Source of the DNA: an uncultured Lachnospiraceae bacterium
GTDB taxonomy: Bacteria > Bacillota > Clostridia > Lachnospirales > Lachnospiraceae
Direction: 5' to 3'
DNA length: 64,000 bases
NCBI GenBank assembly: GCA_947089905.1
Contig: CAMUMG010000003.1
Coordinates: forward strand, 206,442 to 270,441
Positions 8,445 through 18,215 of this stretch are shown piece by piece. The notes under the pieces were generated by a model. That model ran no database searches, had not been told where the DNA came from, and saw only the letters and a list, made by a program, of their open reading frames with translations. The position numbers were made by a program, and so were the translations under genes. How positions within the stretch are numbered: position 1 is the stretch's first letter; each line of letters opens with the position of its first letter.

Positions 8445-10280
8445 ATGTGTGGTATTATCGGATTCGCTGGTTATAAAAATGCTCCAGAAGCTTTGTTAAA
8501 TGGATTATCCGAATTAGAATATCGTGGGTATGACAGTGCTGGAATTGCCTGTTTTTCTGACGGAGTTATTAAAGTATTAAAGTCTGTAGGAAAAGTTTCC
8601 AATCTACGCAAAGAACTCCCACCTGATTTACTTTCCTTTTGTGGTATTGGTCATACACGTTGGGCAACTCATGGTGGTGTTTCTAAAGTAAATGCCCACC
8701 CACATACATTTGGTTGTGTCACCCTTATCCATAATGGAATTATTGAAAATTATCATGAATTAGAACTCATTTTAAAACAACAAGGAAAGTTTCCGATTTC
8801 TCAGACAGATAGTGAAATTGCGGCAATGTTAATAGATAGTTTTTATCAAGGGAATGCCTATACTGCTATTCGAGATGCCGTTTTACAGTTCTCTGGATCT
8901 TATGCGTTTTGTATTATGTTTTCTGATCAGCCAGAAACAATTTATTGTATTCGAAAAGGCAGTCCTCTTGTCTGTTGCTGTTCTGAACAGGGATCGATTG
9001 TAGCTTCTGATATGGTGGCATTATTACGTTATTCAAAAGATTATTTTGTGCTTCCAGAACTTCAGATTGCCAAAGTAACTAGAAATTCAATTTTAGTTAC
9101 CGATTTAGAGGGACAAGAATGTACCCCAAAATTGCTTTCTATTACATGGGATTTATCTTCTGCACAAAAAAATGGATTTAAGCATTATATGTTAAAAGAA
9201 ATTTATGAGCAGCCAGAATCTCTGCGCCGTACTATTATGCCAAGACTACGTAAAACAGATGATGATTCTGTCCTTTTGCTTCCTGATTTTACGGAAGATA
9301 ATATTCCTGATTCTCTCTTTTCCAATATAAATCGTATTATTATTACTGCCTGTGGAACAGCTATGCACGCTGGATTGATTGGAAGAATTTTATTAGAACG
9401 TCTTCTTCGAATTCCTGTCAGTGTAGAAATTGCCTCTGAATTTCGCTATGAAAATCCAATCTTAGATAAATACACCCTTGTAATCACTGTTTCTCAGTCT
9501 GGGGAAACGGCTGATACCTTAGCTGCACTTCGGCTTGCCAAAAATTTAGGGGCAAAGACACTTTCTATTGTCAATGTAAAGGGTTCCTCGATAGCAAGAG
9601 AAAGTAACGCCGTATTTTATACTCATGCTGGTCCTGAAATTGCTGTTGCTAGTACCAAAGCCTATACATCCCAATTAGCTGCCTTTTATCTTATTGCATT
9701 TCGCTTTGCATATTTAACAAAACTTCAAACTGACACACAATGCTCTTTACTTTCCTCAAAACTTTTTCATATTATTCCAGACGTAGAACAAGTTTTAATG
9801 CTTGCAGATAAAGTTAAAAAAATCAGCCGAAATCTTATTTCTGCCACCGATCTTTTTTTTATTGGAAGAGGTCTCGACTATGCACTCTCTTGTGAGGGCT
9901 CCATTAAACTAAAAGAAATTACCTATATTCATTCCGAAGCCTATGCTGCTGGAGAGCTAAAACATGGGACACTTTCTCTTGTTACAGAAGGTGTTCCTGT
10001 TATTGCACTTGCCACTCAGCCTGACGTTTTTTCTAAAATGATTTCTAATATTAAAGAAGTACGTGCAAGGGGTGCATTTGTTATCTGCATTACCACACAG
10101 GACGCTGTTATTGATCCAACACTTTATGATCAAAAACTTATTTTACCGCCAATCGATCCTTTATTTGCACCATTTTGTACTGCTATTCTTTTGCAATTAC
10201 TTGCTTATTATACTTCTCTTCTTCGTGGTTTAGATGTAGATCAGCCAAGGAACTTAGCAAAATCTGTAACTGTAGAATAA
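8445..10280 (+). CDS. glmS: Glutamine--fructose-6-phosphate aminotransferase
   Basis: Start set at ATG 8445 so the protein begins MCGIIG (Ntn catalytic Cys). AAGGAG lies 8 nt upstream. Two SIS domains and a C-terminal ...RNLAKSVTVE. Confidence 0.92.
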   Translation: MCGIIGFAGYKNAPEALLNGLSELEYRGYDSAGIACFSDGVIKVLKSVGKVSNLRKELPPDLLSFCGIGHTRWATHGGVSKVNAHPHTFGCVTLIHNGIIENYHELELILKQQGKFPISQTDSEIAAMLIDSFYQGNAYTAIRDAVLQFSGSYAFCIMFSDQPETIYCIRKGSPLVCCCSEQGSIVASDMVALLRYSKDYFVLPELQIAKVTRNSILVTDLEGQECTPKLLSITWDLSSAQKNGFKHYMLKEIYEQPESLRRTIMPRLRKTDDDSVLLLPDFTEDNIPDSLFSNINRIIITACGTAMHAGLIGRILLERLLRIPVSVEIASEFRYENPILDKYTLVITVSQSGETADTLAALRLAKNLGAKTLSIVNVKGSSIARESNAVFYTHAGPEIAVASTKAYTSQLAAFYLIAFRFAYLTKLQTDTQCSLLSSKLFHIIPDVEQVLMLADKVKKISRNLISATDLFFIGRGLDYALSCEGSIKLKEITYIHSEAYAAGELKHGTLSLVTEGVPVIALATQPDVFSKMISNIKEVRARGAFVICITTQDAVIDPTLYDQKLILPPIDPLFAPFCTAILLQLLAYYTSLLRGLDVDQPRNLAKSVTVE

Positions 10281-10292
10281 TCCTATAACATA

Positions 10293-10322
10293 AAAAGAGT
10301 GGTTGTTTTATACCACTCTTTT
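10293..10322. terminator. Bidirectional rho-independent terminator between the convergent glmS and galM
   Basis: AAAGAGTGG / CCACTCTTT 9-bp stem (10294-10302 and 10313-10321), flanked by A- and T-runs. Confidence 0.7.
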
Positions 10323-10334
10323 ACAGAAATTTTT

Positions 10335-11396
10335 TTATTTCACATTAAATTTATAGATTGTAGTGCTTCTAAACTCTTCCTTAGCAGCTAATCTTCCATT
10401 TGGCACATTTTCCATATTAATGGAGTTTGGATAGAATTGACTTTCAAAACAAATAGAAGACCTTGATGGATACTCACGACCACCTTTTCCATGATCTCCC
10501 TTTGGAAGAAAATTAGAAGAATAAAACTGTAATCCTGGAAGATCCGTAAATACTTCCATAAAACGACCGCTTTTTTCTTCCCATAACTCTGCTACTTTTT
10601 GTACTTCACCTTGTTTTGTATGAAGTACAAAATTTTGATCATACCCATTTCCATAGTGAAGAGCTGGGAAATCAGCATCAATCTCTTTTCCAATTTCCTT
10701 AAATTCTCTAAAATCTAATGGTGTCCCTGCAACATCTGCAAATATACCTGTTGGAATCAATTCAGAATCTGTTTCTGTGTACTGATCTGCAAAAATTCTC
10801 ACTTTATGCTTTAATACACTTTCTGAGTCTTCTCCTTCCAAATTAAAATAACTATGGTTTGTAAAATTGATTACGGTATCTTTATCACTTACTGCAAAAT
10901 ATTCAATTTTTAGTTCATTTTTTTCTGTTAAAGAATATGTCACGGACACTTCTAAGTTTCCCGGAAATCCCTGTTCCATATCAGGACTTACTCTGGAAAA
11001 TTTGACAAACCCACTATCTTCTCCTTCTTGATATTGTGTTTGATACATATATTTATTATAACTATGACTTCCACTATGTAAACAATTTTTCCCATCATTT
11101 TGTTCTAAATGATATTCTATTCCATTGACAACAAATTTTGCATTTGCAATTCGATTTGCATGACGTCCTAAAAAAGAACCATATGCAGGAGGATTTACTT
11201 CATATCCTGATACATCATCATATCCAAGTACAACATCTTTTAAAATTCCATGCTTATCTGGTACATAGATCTCGACAATATTTGCCCCATAATCTGTAAA
11301 AGACACCTTCATTCCATTTTGATTAGAAAGGGTATAAAGTGTTGCCTGTTTGTTATCCTTTGTTATACCAAATGGTCTCTTAGTTAGAAAACTCAT
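10335..11396 (-). CDS. galM: Aldose 1-epimerase (galactose mutarotase)
   Basis: 353 aa. Typical mutarotase motifs (GRHANRI, LHSG, NHSYFNL, FCFE.Q). Confidence 0.85.
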   Translation of the reverse strand: MSFLTKRPFGITKDNKQATLYTLSNQNGMKVSFTDYGANIVEIYVPDKHGILKDVVLGYDDVSGYEVNPPAYGSFLGRHANRIANAKFVVNGIEYHLEQNDGKNCLHSGSHSYNKYMYQTQYQEGEDSGFVKFSRVSPDMEQGFPGNLEVSVTYSLTEKNELKIEYFAVSDKDTVINFTNHSYFNLEGEDSESVLKHKVRIFADQYTETDSELIPTGIFADVAGTPLDFREFKEIGKEIDADFPALHYGNGYDQNFVLHTKQGEVQKVAELWEEKSGRFMEVFTDLPGLQFYSSNFLPKGDHGKGGREYPSRSSICFESQFYPNSINMENVPNGRLAAKEEFRSTTIYKFNVK

Positions 11397-11537
11397 CCTT
11401 TTATCTCCTTTTTGCTATAAAGAAAGGAGCTGTTGCAAAACAGCCCCTGCTAATCAATTTCGTTATTACAATATACTAATTCTGCATAATATAATATATC
11501 TATATATATAGAAAAAGGTACACTGAAAACTTCTTGA

Positions 11538-11738
11538 TTATATTCTTGTTACGTTTGTTGCCTGTGGTCCCTTTGCTCCCTGAACAACTTCGAACTCTAC
11601 TTCCTGACCCTCTTCTAAAGACTTAAAGCCTTCCATATTGAGTCCAGAGTAATGAACGAATACATCGTTGCCCTGTTCATCAGAGATGAAACCATAACCT
11701 TTTTGATTGTTAAACCATTTTACTGTACCTTTGTTCAT
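11538..11738 (-). CDS. Cold-shock protein, CspA family
   Basis: 66 aa from ATG 11738 (GGAGGA RBS). [18 protein letters not shown] (RNP-1) and VFVHYS (RNP-2). Confidence 0.92.
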   Translation of the reverse strand: MNKGTVKWFNNQKGYGFISDEQGNDVFVHYSGLNMEGFKSLEEGQEVEFEVVQGAKGPQATNVTRI

Positions 11739-11792
11739 GTGTAATTCCTCCAAAAAAAATATTATTTCTATGTTGTAACTTACAACACATTT

Positions 11793-11821
11793 ATGATACC
11801 ATCTTTATCCGAAAATGTCAA
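11793..11821 (-). promoter_or_regulatory. Sigma-A promoter of csp, followed by a 5' UTR of roughly 50 nt
   Basis: Minus strand: TTGACA (11821-11816), 17 nt, TGg-TATCAT (11798-11793). The UTR contains the palindrome TGTTGTAAGTTACAACA. Confidence 0.6.
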
Positions 11822-11850
11822 ATCATATTTTCAATTTTTCAAGGAAATTC

Positions 11851-12579
11851 TTATCTTTTTTGCACTTTATGCGTTAAAAATTCTTTCCATATTTCTATCG
11901 AACGATTGATTACTAATTCTTCCGGAAACTGTATTTCTTTTAATAATTCTATTGCTCTTTTATGATTTCCAACATCAGTATCTATATGTGCATCACTATT
12001 TATTATAATATTAACCTGTTCTATTTTACAAAGGTTTAAATAATATAACATATTTTCTCTGACATTTTTTCTAAATGTATTTGGAGAAAGTGAACTATTA
12101 TTTACTTCTATTAACACATGATTTTCTTTTGCAGCACGTACTATCTTTTCATAATCTAATTCAAATCTTCCATCGTCAGGATGTCCTAATATAGTCACAT
12201 AGGGATTTTCGATTGCCTTTAAAACCGCATTTGTATTCTGTTGTTTTGTATGTTCTTTTGGAAAACAAGGTGGATGAATACTTGCAATACAGAGATCTAA
12301 TTTTTTTAATACACTTTCTGGCAGATCGACTGAACCTTCAAAATCTAAAATATTTAATTCACTTCCAAATAATAATTCAACTCCATATCGTTTTCTTGGA
12401 ATAACACTAAGATTTTGAAAATAAAATAACTGACAAGTTCCTGGTATTGTTGGAGCATGTTCTGTAATTCCTAAAATTTTAACTCCTTGTTTCGAAGCTG
12501 CCTTTGCCATTTCGGTAATGGTGCTATACGCATGACCACTCGCTAGTGTATGGGTATGCAGATCTAAAATATCAATCAT
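11851..12579 (-). CDS. PHP-domain phosphatase (YcdX-like)
   Basis: 242 aa. N-terminal DLHTHTLASGHA metal motif, further His/Asp motifs (ITEHAP, SDAH). Confidence 0.75.
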   Translation of the reverse strand: MIDILDLHTHTLASGHAYSTITEMAKAASKQGVKILGITEHAPTIPGTCQLFYFQNLSVIPRKRYGVELLFGSELNILDFEGSVDLPESVLKKLDLCIASIHPPCFPKEHTKQQNTNAVLKAIENPYVTILGHPDDGRFELDYEKIVRAAKENHVLIEVNNSSLSPNTFRKNVRENMLYYLNLCKIEQVNIIINSDAHIDTDVGNHKRAIELLKEIQFPEELVINRSIEIWKEFLTHKVQKR

Positions 12580-12623
12580 TACTTTCCCTCATTTCTGTAT
12601 CTTTGTTTTTATAATTCTTTTGT

Positions 12624-13070
12624 TCATTCTATATTATCAGAATCCAACATTCGATCTAAAACTGCTTTATAAATTAAAATAATTCGTGCATCTAAATAGC
12701 AATACTTATTTATAATAAATTCGTGTGTCTTTACCACAAAACAAATACTTAACAAAACTAAAGCAGTTATTGTAACTGCTGGATGTAATCCTTGTATAAT
12801 CAAATAAAGTGAAGCAAATAGATATACTAAAAATAAAAGTAAATACGTTCGATTAATTCGATAAGCATATAGTAATGTTTCATCCAAACGTTTCTGCATT
12901 TTATTTAACATCTGCTCATCTCTACCTTCTAATTGTAAAACGATATCTTCAAAAACAGGTTTTGTATCAGGTTCAGGATTTTCTACATTTTTTCGGAAAC
13001 AATCCAAATATTTTTTATAATTTGTTTCTCCAAACTCTTGTTTTATGAGTTTTTGAAATACATTTGCCAT
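12624..13070 (-). CDS. Hypothetical membrane protein
   Basis: Start set at MANVFQK (ATG 13070, GGGAG RBS). Two predicted TM helices in the C-terminal half. No family recognised. Confidence 0.55.
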   Translation of the reverse strand: MANVFQKLIKQEFGETNYKKYLDCFRKNVENPEPDTKPVFEDIVLQLEGRDEQMLNKMQKRLDETLLYAYRINRTYLLLFLVYLFASLYLIIQGLHPAVTITALVLLSICFVVKTHEFIINKYCYLDARIILIYKAVLDRMLDSDNIE

Positions 13071-13258
13071 AAGATACTCCCTTCTATATATGGTTTTTCT
13101 TGTCTTAGTATTTGTCAAATTGAACAAGAAAACGAATGTAAAATCTTGAAAATCTTGAAATATTCACAAATTGTTCATAAGTTAGCCATAGTAATTCCAT
13201 ATCTATCTTTTATAATAAGTTTATCAAAAATGTTTACAAGATATTTTTTCATAAAACA

Positions 13259-13296
13259 AAGCCTGGCAGATATCCTCTCCCCCTTCTGTCAGGCTT
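13259..13296 (-). terminator. Rho-independent terminator after the permease gene
   Basis: AAGCCTGGCAGA / TCTGTCAGGCTT stem with one mismatch. A T-rich tail follows on the minus strand. Confidence 0.6.
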
Positions 13297-13305
13297 CTCC
13301 TCTTT

Positions 13306-13986
13306 TTATCCTTCTACCTCTCCAGGAGAGAAATGTTTTGCAAGAAGACGAAACACAATTTCAATTAAGACAGTTAAAAATAGGTAAAACAAAAGTGAAA
13401 AGAAAATAGAAAAAAACGGATAACTTGTTCTTTGACCAATCCGCTCCATGACGTTAGAAAGATCATTTACTCCAATATATCCTGCAGTTACGGTCCACTG
13501 AAGTAAATGAATTGTTAAACGTTTTATAGAAAACCATGATTCTTCTATTGCCTGTGGAAATGCAATAGAGTAAAATAAATGTCCAAGCCTTGCCGTAACT
13601 GCCTCATCTTGTCTTCTTTGAGCATTTCGAATAGAATGGGAAATAATTTCTGCAAAATGTCCCGCTCCCCAACATCCTAACGCAACTCCAGCAATAAGTC
13701 CAGAACCCGAATGCGCTTTTTTCCATAAAACATAATAAAAAAATAGAATTAATAAAGGAGCAGGTCCACTGCGTAAAAGAAAACAAATTCCCCCTGTCAA
13801 CCCAGAGAGCAGCCGTTTGCGATAACACATAAAGTAACTTAATAACCCTCCTAATAAAAAGGAAATCAGCCATGCAATTCCTGTAATCATAATTGTAACA
13901 AAAGCACTTTTTAGAATCAGATAATAGGCATTCCCTGAAATTAGGTTGCTAGATATCGCATCCAGTAGATTTCGTATCACACTCAT
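13306..13986 (-). CDS. ABC transporter permease, polar amino acid (HisM/GlnP-like) family
   Basis: 226 aa with about 5 TM helices. EAA-like loop region (RRQDEAVTARLGHLFYSIAFPQA). Confidence 0.7.
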   Translation of the reverse strand: MSVIRNLLDAISSNLISGNAYYLILKSAFVTIMITGIAWLISFLLGGLLSYFMCYRKRLLSGLTGGICFLLRSGPAPLLILFFYYVLWKKAHSGSGLIAGVALGCWGAGHFAEIISHSIRNAQRRQDEAVTARLGHLFYSIAFPQAIEESWFSIKRLTIHLLQWTVTAGYIGVNDLSNVMERIGQRTSYPFFSIFFSLLFYLFLTVLIEIVFRLLAKHFSPGEVEG

Positions 13987-13996
13987 TAGTATCCTC

Positions 13997-14887
13997 CTAG
14001 TTCAATGTAAGAAAGACATATTTTCTCATTGGATAATACCCTTCTGTTGTAATATATGACCTCTTTGTATCTATCGTTCCCGGATCTAGGGTAGACTCTC
14101 CAGAACCCCAGCAAAAAATGGCATCGACACGCCCACTCATTAAACTAGAAAATGCCGACTCATTTGAAAGAACAACAAATGTTACCTTCCTGTTCATAAT
14201 TTGTCCAATTTCGTCCATGAAAGCAACGCAAAAACCATAGGGTCGATCTTGTGTATCTAATAGATCAATAGGAGGTGTCGCTCCAGTGACACCAATATAA
14301 ATGGTATCTTTTGCACCAAACTGTTTTTGATTTACTTTCATATCCTCAGAGTAAAATGGTTCTAACTCGTTTCCTGTGGTCAAATAGGAAGCAATCAATT
14401 CATTTAACTGTCCATTTTGTTTTAATTCTAGTAGTGCTTTATTTAACTCATCTCTTAATTGCTCTTTCTCTGGCTTTAATGCCAGCGCAAATAAAAATCG
14501 TTCTTTTTGTGGATCAGGCGTCTTTAATTCTCTTAAATCTTTTTGATTACGAAGTAGCCAAGAAGCAGTGAGATCTGGAACCCAGATCGAAGAAACAGTT
14601 CCTGATCTCAGTGCATATAATACCTCATCCATTGTTTGAAAGGAACGATATCCATTTAGAGAAATTCCCAATAAACTCTCAAAAAATATTTTTGCGCTGG
14701 TATCAGGCATTTTTGTCTGTAATCCTCCTAACCATCGATTGGATAATTCGGATATCGCTTCAATTTTTTCTTCTGCCGTCAGTTTTTTTGGTTCAAACCA
14801 TCCAAACGCTGTTGTAAGACAGCCAAAAAGAAGAAATAACAGGATAACTGTCATTTTCTTTTTTGTTGTAATGATATATCCCTTCAT
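13997..14887 (-). CDS. Lipoprotein with family-3 solute-binding (SBP_bac_3-like) lobes in swapped order
   Basis: Start at MKGYII (ATG 14887, GGAGG RBS). Lipobox LLFGC. The C-terminal half resembles the usual N-lobe (IYIGVTGATPPID...GFCVAFMDEIG...GRVDAIF). The N-terminal half resembles the usual C-terminal part. Confidence 0.65.
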   Translation of the reverse strand: MKGYIITTKKKMTVILLFLLFGCLTTAFGWFEPKKLTAEEKIEAISELSNRWLGGLQTKMPDTSAKIFFESLLGISLNGYRSFQTMDEVLYALRSGTVSSIWVPDLTASWLLRNQKDLRELKTPDPQKERFLFALALKPEKEQLRDELNKALLELKQNGQLNELIASYLTTGNELEPFYSEDMKVNQKQFGAKDTIYIGVTGATPPIDLLDTQDRPYGFCVAFMDEIGQIMNRKVTFVVLSNESAFSSLMSGRVDAIFCWGSGESTLDPGTIDTKRSYITTEGYYPMRKYVFLTLN

Positions 14888-14915
14888 CCTAGCCTCCATG
14901 CTAATTTTTTATGAA

Positions 14916-16649
14916 TTACTGAATTTCCACACCGATGATTTGTTCATTTCTTGTTCCAACTACTAAACGATTTCCAAAAATAGCTGGAGTTGCCTCAATT
15001 CCAGTACCAAAATTCATCTGATCAATAATCTCTCCTGTTTGTGCATCTATTAACAATAAATCACCATTTTGACAACCTTGAATCAAATAAGCTTCCCCAT
15101 TTTCTGGATAAATTACTCCTCCAGAACTCCAAGAATACGTATCCAGTTTTCGCTCCCAAATTACTTCCCCTGTTTTAGTATCTAATGATACCAGATATCC
15201 GCTTCCAATGGAAGGAGTTTTTGAAACAGAATATAAAATAGTTCCAGAAATAGGACCATCTCCTAATATACCAGTAGACAAGATTCCACCTGCAAGTCCT
15301 GAAACAGTATGTACTTCATATGGTTTTTTCCAAATAATTGCTCCTGTCATAGCATTTAATTTATAAATTGCTGCCTCTCCCATAGAATGGCTTCCAATTT
15401 CAAATTTTAAAGTTGTTGCAACATAGAGATATTTATTTCCATCTTCATCGATTTCTAAAACGGGAGAGGAATTTACATCTTCTTTCACTTCCTGTGCCCA
15501 TATCATTTTCATAGTATTCAAATCAATACAAAAAATTGTTCCACCATTATCTCCAAGAAAAATATAATTTCCCCAAACTGCACCACTACATTCACTTCCA
15601 TATCTTTTGTCTTCATCATACTTTTTTTCTGTGAAAGTATAATTTACAATTTCGGAAGGGGCAACAGAAAGAGTTTTTGACGCTTTGTCATAAGTAGTAT
15701 TTAATTTTAGAGTATATAAAACACCATTTTCCCCTGGATAGATTAAAGTATCTGTCGGAGTGTGAAAAATGGGGGAACTATCGTAAGCATGCCATATTCT
15801 TGGTGCAAAAGAATCATTTGCTCCAAATTCATATAGCTTACTTCCATCAATTAGACTATAAATATAGACTCTTGGACTGACACATTCTCCATATGGTCCT
15901 GTCTGTGCATCCCCAGATCCACAGATTAACATAGGAATTCCATCTGGATGTAGCGATGCTGTACCTTTAAAGGTCATTCCGACATTGATAGCATCTCTAG
16001 TGGGATTTCCAGTTTCAAAATCTAAAAAGTGGATCATTCCGTCCATTCCCGGATAAATTACTTCAATTAAATTTCTTTTCTTTTTACTTTCTTCATATAA
16101 ATTCATAATCTGTTTTGTTTCTTCATCCCACTGAACAACAATTGGCTGTCCTGTCCATCCATTTCCTGACCAATAGTCTACTCCATTGCTTTTTAATACT
16201 TTTCCTGTTTTATAAGACCAATAATTTCGATTAAATTTTTTTTCTTTTATTTCTACTGTTCCATATACTGGGGCACTTCTCATATAATTTCCACGAAAGG
16301 TAAGCAGTCCAGGTAGATTTGAAAAATTAGAAAGCATTGTATTATCAAAATAAATCGGTTCACTTCGTTCATATTTTGTAGTTTCTGTTCCATTAACAGA
16401 AATTTTTTCTATAACAGACAATTCCGATGGTTCTGTTCCAGAAACTGGTTGAGCTATAACTAAATTTGCTCCAAACGCATTTTCTAAAGAATACTCTGTT
16501 GGAAGTCCGCCTGCAGTATTGTGCATATAATTATACAGATACTTTATGTTTCCCACTCGAACCATTAGTTTAAATAATGCTGCTGCTCCGATTAGAAAAA
16601 CCAAAGCCAGTGCCAAAAGCACTAGCTTCCATCTGTGTCGTTTCATCAA
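14916..16649 (-). CDS. Membrane-anchored PQQ-like/BamB-like beta-propeller repeat protein
   Basis: 577 aa. N-terminal TM helix and repeated ...G..IW... blade motifs (MKMIWAQEV, GAIIWKKPY, GEVIWERKL). Confidence 0.7.
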   Translation of the reverse strand: MMKRHRWKLVLLALALVFLIGAAALFKLMVRVGNIKYLYNYMHNTAGGLPTEYSLENAFGANLVIAQPVSGTEPSELSVIEKISVNGTETTKYERSEPIYFDNTMLSNFSNLPGLLTFRGNYMRSAPVYGTVEIKEKKFNRNYWSYKTGKVLKSNGVDYWSGNGWTGQPIVVQWDEETKQIMNLYEESKKKRNLIEVIYPGMDGMIHFLDFETGNPTRDAINVGMTFKGTASLHPDGIPMLICGSGDAQTGPYGECVSPRVYIYSLIDGSKLYEFGANDSFAPRIWHAYDSSPIFHTPTDTLIYPGENGVLYTLKLNTTYDKASKTLSVAPSEIVNYTFTEKKYDEDKRYGSECSGAVWGNYIFLGDNGGTIFCIDLNTMKMIWAQEVKEDVNSSPVLEIDEDGNKYLYVATTLKFEIGSHSMGEAAIYKLNAMTGAIIWKKPYEVHTVSGLAGGILSTGILGDGPISGTILYSVSKTPSIGSGYLVSLDTKTGEVIWERKLDTYSWSSGGVIYPENGEAYLIQGCQNGDLLLIDAQTGEIIDQMNFGTGIEATPAIFGNRLVVGTRNEQIIGVEIQ

Positions 16650-16678
16650 TTATTTTTCCTCCACTATTTCTTTGTGTT

Positions 16679-18103
16679 TCAACGATATTGTTTTGCGAGT
16701 GCTGCAAGTACCTGATAGTTTTTTTCAAAAATACTTTTAAATTCACTAGATGCAAGCGGAGCTGTTTTTGTACCAATTTCAATAGTCACAGAGGGAATCT
16801 TTTTTACCATCACTACCCAATCTCCATATCCTGCTGCATCTTGAGGATCTGTTTGTGCATCCTTTTTTTCATATCCTGTCACTGAATGAAGTAAATCCAC
16901 TAGCGTTTCACAGGACTTTTTTAACTCTCCTGTCTGCCCATAATCCCAATATAAAACCGATCCGCTCGCATGATAGCTAATTGCAACAACTGGTTTTAAC
17001 TGTTCTGTCAAAGAGATCAAGGCGGCTGTTTCTGGTTCAGAACCTGGAGAAATTCCTTTATACTTTTCTGCCGCCGGTTCAGCCACCCCTTTAAATTCCT
17101 TCCACCCATAATCAAAATTTCGATTTAGATCTACACCATTTGCATTTGCCTTAAATCGGAGTAGATAATCGGAAAATGAAGCAGTTGTAATACCATTTCC
17201 AAAATCTCTATCATACCATTCTTTTAGTTTATTTCTTGTCAGAGCACTATTGATCCCTGTACTTCCTAATTGACTGATTGTTACACCGTCAGGATTTACC
17301 ATTGGAATAATATGAAATGCTACTGAATTTAAAAGTTCAGAATATGTTACACCCTCATAACTTTCTGTTTTTTCATTTGCCAGATAATATTCAATCTGTT
17401 TCATAACTAATTGTGCTGTCATATATTCTCTGGCATGTATAGAAGCTTGAATTAAAATATTTTTTGAAGAAGATGAATTTCCAAGCACAATGTCATATAC
17501 ATTTCTTCCATCTTTTGTTACTGTCAATTTACTAACAGTAAGCTTTCCGGGATAGGCTTTACTTAATGCCTGTAGATCTTCGCACATTTCTTCATAGGTA
17601 TACTTTTGCTTTTCTACATCTACTATAGAAAGTCCGCTCATAGATCCCCCTCCCTTATTTCCTTCTTCTTTACTTTTAACTGGCTTTAAATACTGTGCAG
17701 AAGCATAGACTGTCTCTCCTTGATATAACAGTCTATCCCATCCTTTGTCACCCGTTGCAGTTCTTGTAAATTTATCTCCAGACTGAGCTAAAATCACAAC
17801 ATCGTAACTTGTCGCAGGTCCTTTTCTTAAATTTAATTTGGATGCACTGACATAGACCTCATCATCAACAGGAGTGAATGTCTGACCATCTACCACTGAA
17901 ACAGATGGTTCTGTAGTTGGCGTTGGTATTGGTGTCGATGTCACTCCATCCTCTGGTTTTGGAGCCTGTGACGCTGGAGAATCTAAAATTTGATGTTCGT
18001 ATTTTGTAATATCTTTGTTATCCTGTTTTGGTTTGGAACATCCACTGATTGCCAGACAAAGTATCCCGCAGATCGCAATGAAATGTATCCCTCTTTTGTT
18101 CAA
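16679..18103 (-). CDS. Lipoprotein with an SH3b domain and an M14 zinc carboxypeptidase domain (gamma-D-Glu-mDAP peptidase-like)
   Basis: Lipobox LAISGC. SH3b (LNLRKGPATSYDVV...GWDRL). M14 motifs IQASIHAREY, MVNPDG, YHASG. Confidence 0.75.
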   Translation of the reverse strand: MNKRGIHFIAICGILCLAISGCSKPKQDNKDITKYEHQILDSPASQAPKPEDGVTSTPIPTPTTEPSVSVVDGQTFTPVDDEVYVSASKLNLRKGPATSYDVVILAQSGDKFTRTATGDKGWDRLLYQGETVYASAQYLKPVKSKEEGNKGGGSMSGLSIVDVEKQKYTYEEMCEDLQALSKAYPGKLTVSKLTVTKDGRNVYDIVLGNSSSSKNILIQASIHAREYMTAQLVMKQIEYYLANEKTESYEGVTYSELLNSVAFHIIPMVNPDGVTISQLGSTGINSALTRNKLKEWYDRDFGNGITTASFSDYLLRFKANANGVDLNRNFDYGWKEFKGVAEPAAEKYKGISPGSEPETAALISLTEQLKPVVAISYHASGSVLYWDYGQTGELKKSCETLVDLLHSVTGYEKKDAQTDPQDAAGYGDWVVMVKKIPSVTIEIGTKTAPLASSEFKSIFEKNYQVLAALAKQYR

Positions 18104-18128
18104 CTACTGTCGCCACCCTTCTTAAAAA

Positions 18129-18175
18129 AGGGCTTCGCAAAATATACGTAATGGAATGTATTTTGCAAAAGCCCT
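18129..18175 (-). terminator. Rho-independent terminator after the 123-aa gene
   Basis: AGGGCTT..GCAAAATA / TATTTTGC..AAGCCCT interrupted stem. A T-run follows on the minus strand. Confidence 0.6.
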
Positions 18176-18215
18176 GAATATTCCTTCTGCTAAAAACTTT
18201 TTAATTCTAATTCTC

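Noticed and set aside
13140-13160. Short direct repeat AAATCTTGA AAATCTTGA
   Set aside because: Only two 9-10 nt copies in an AT-rich intergenic region. That is too small to interpret.
13604-13873. 89-aa minus-strand ORF
   Set aside because: It is an alternative frame within the ABC permease gene.
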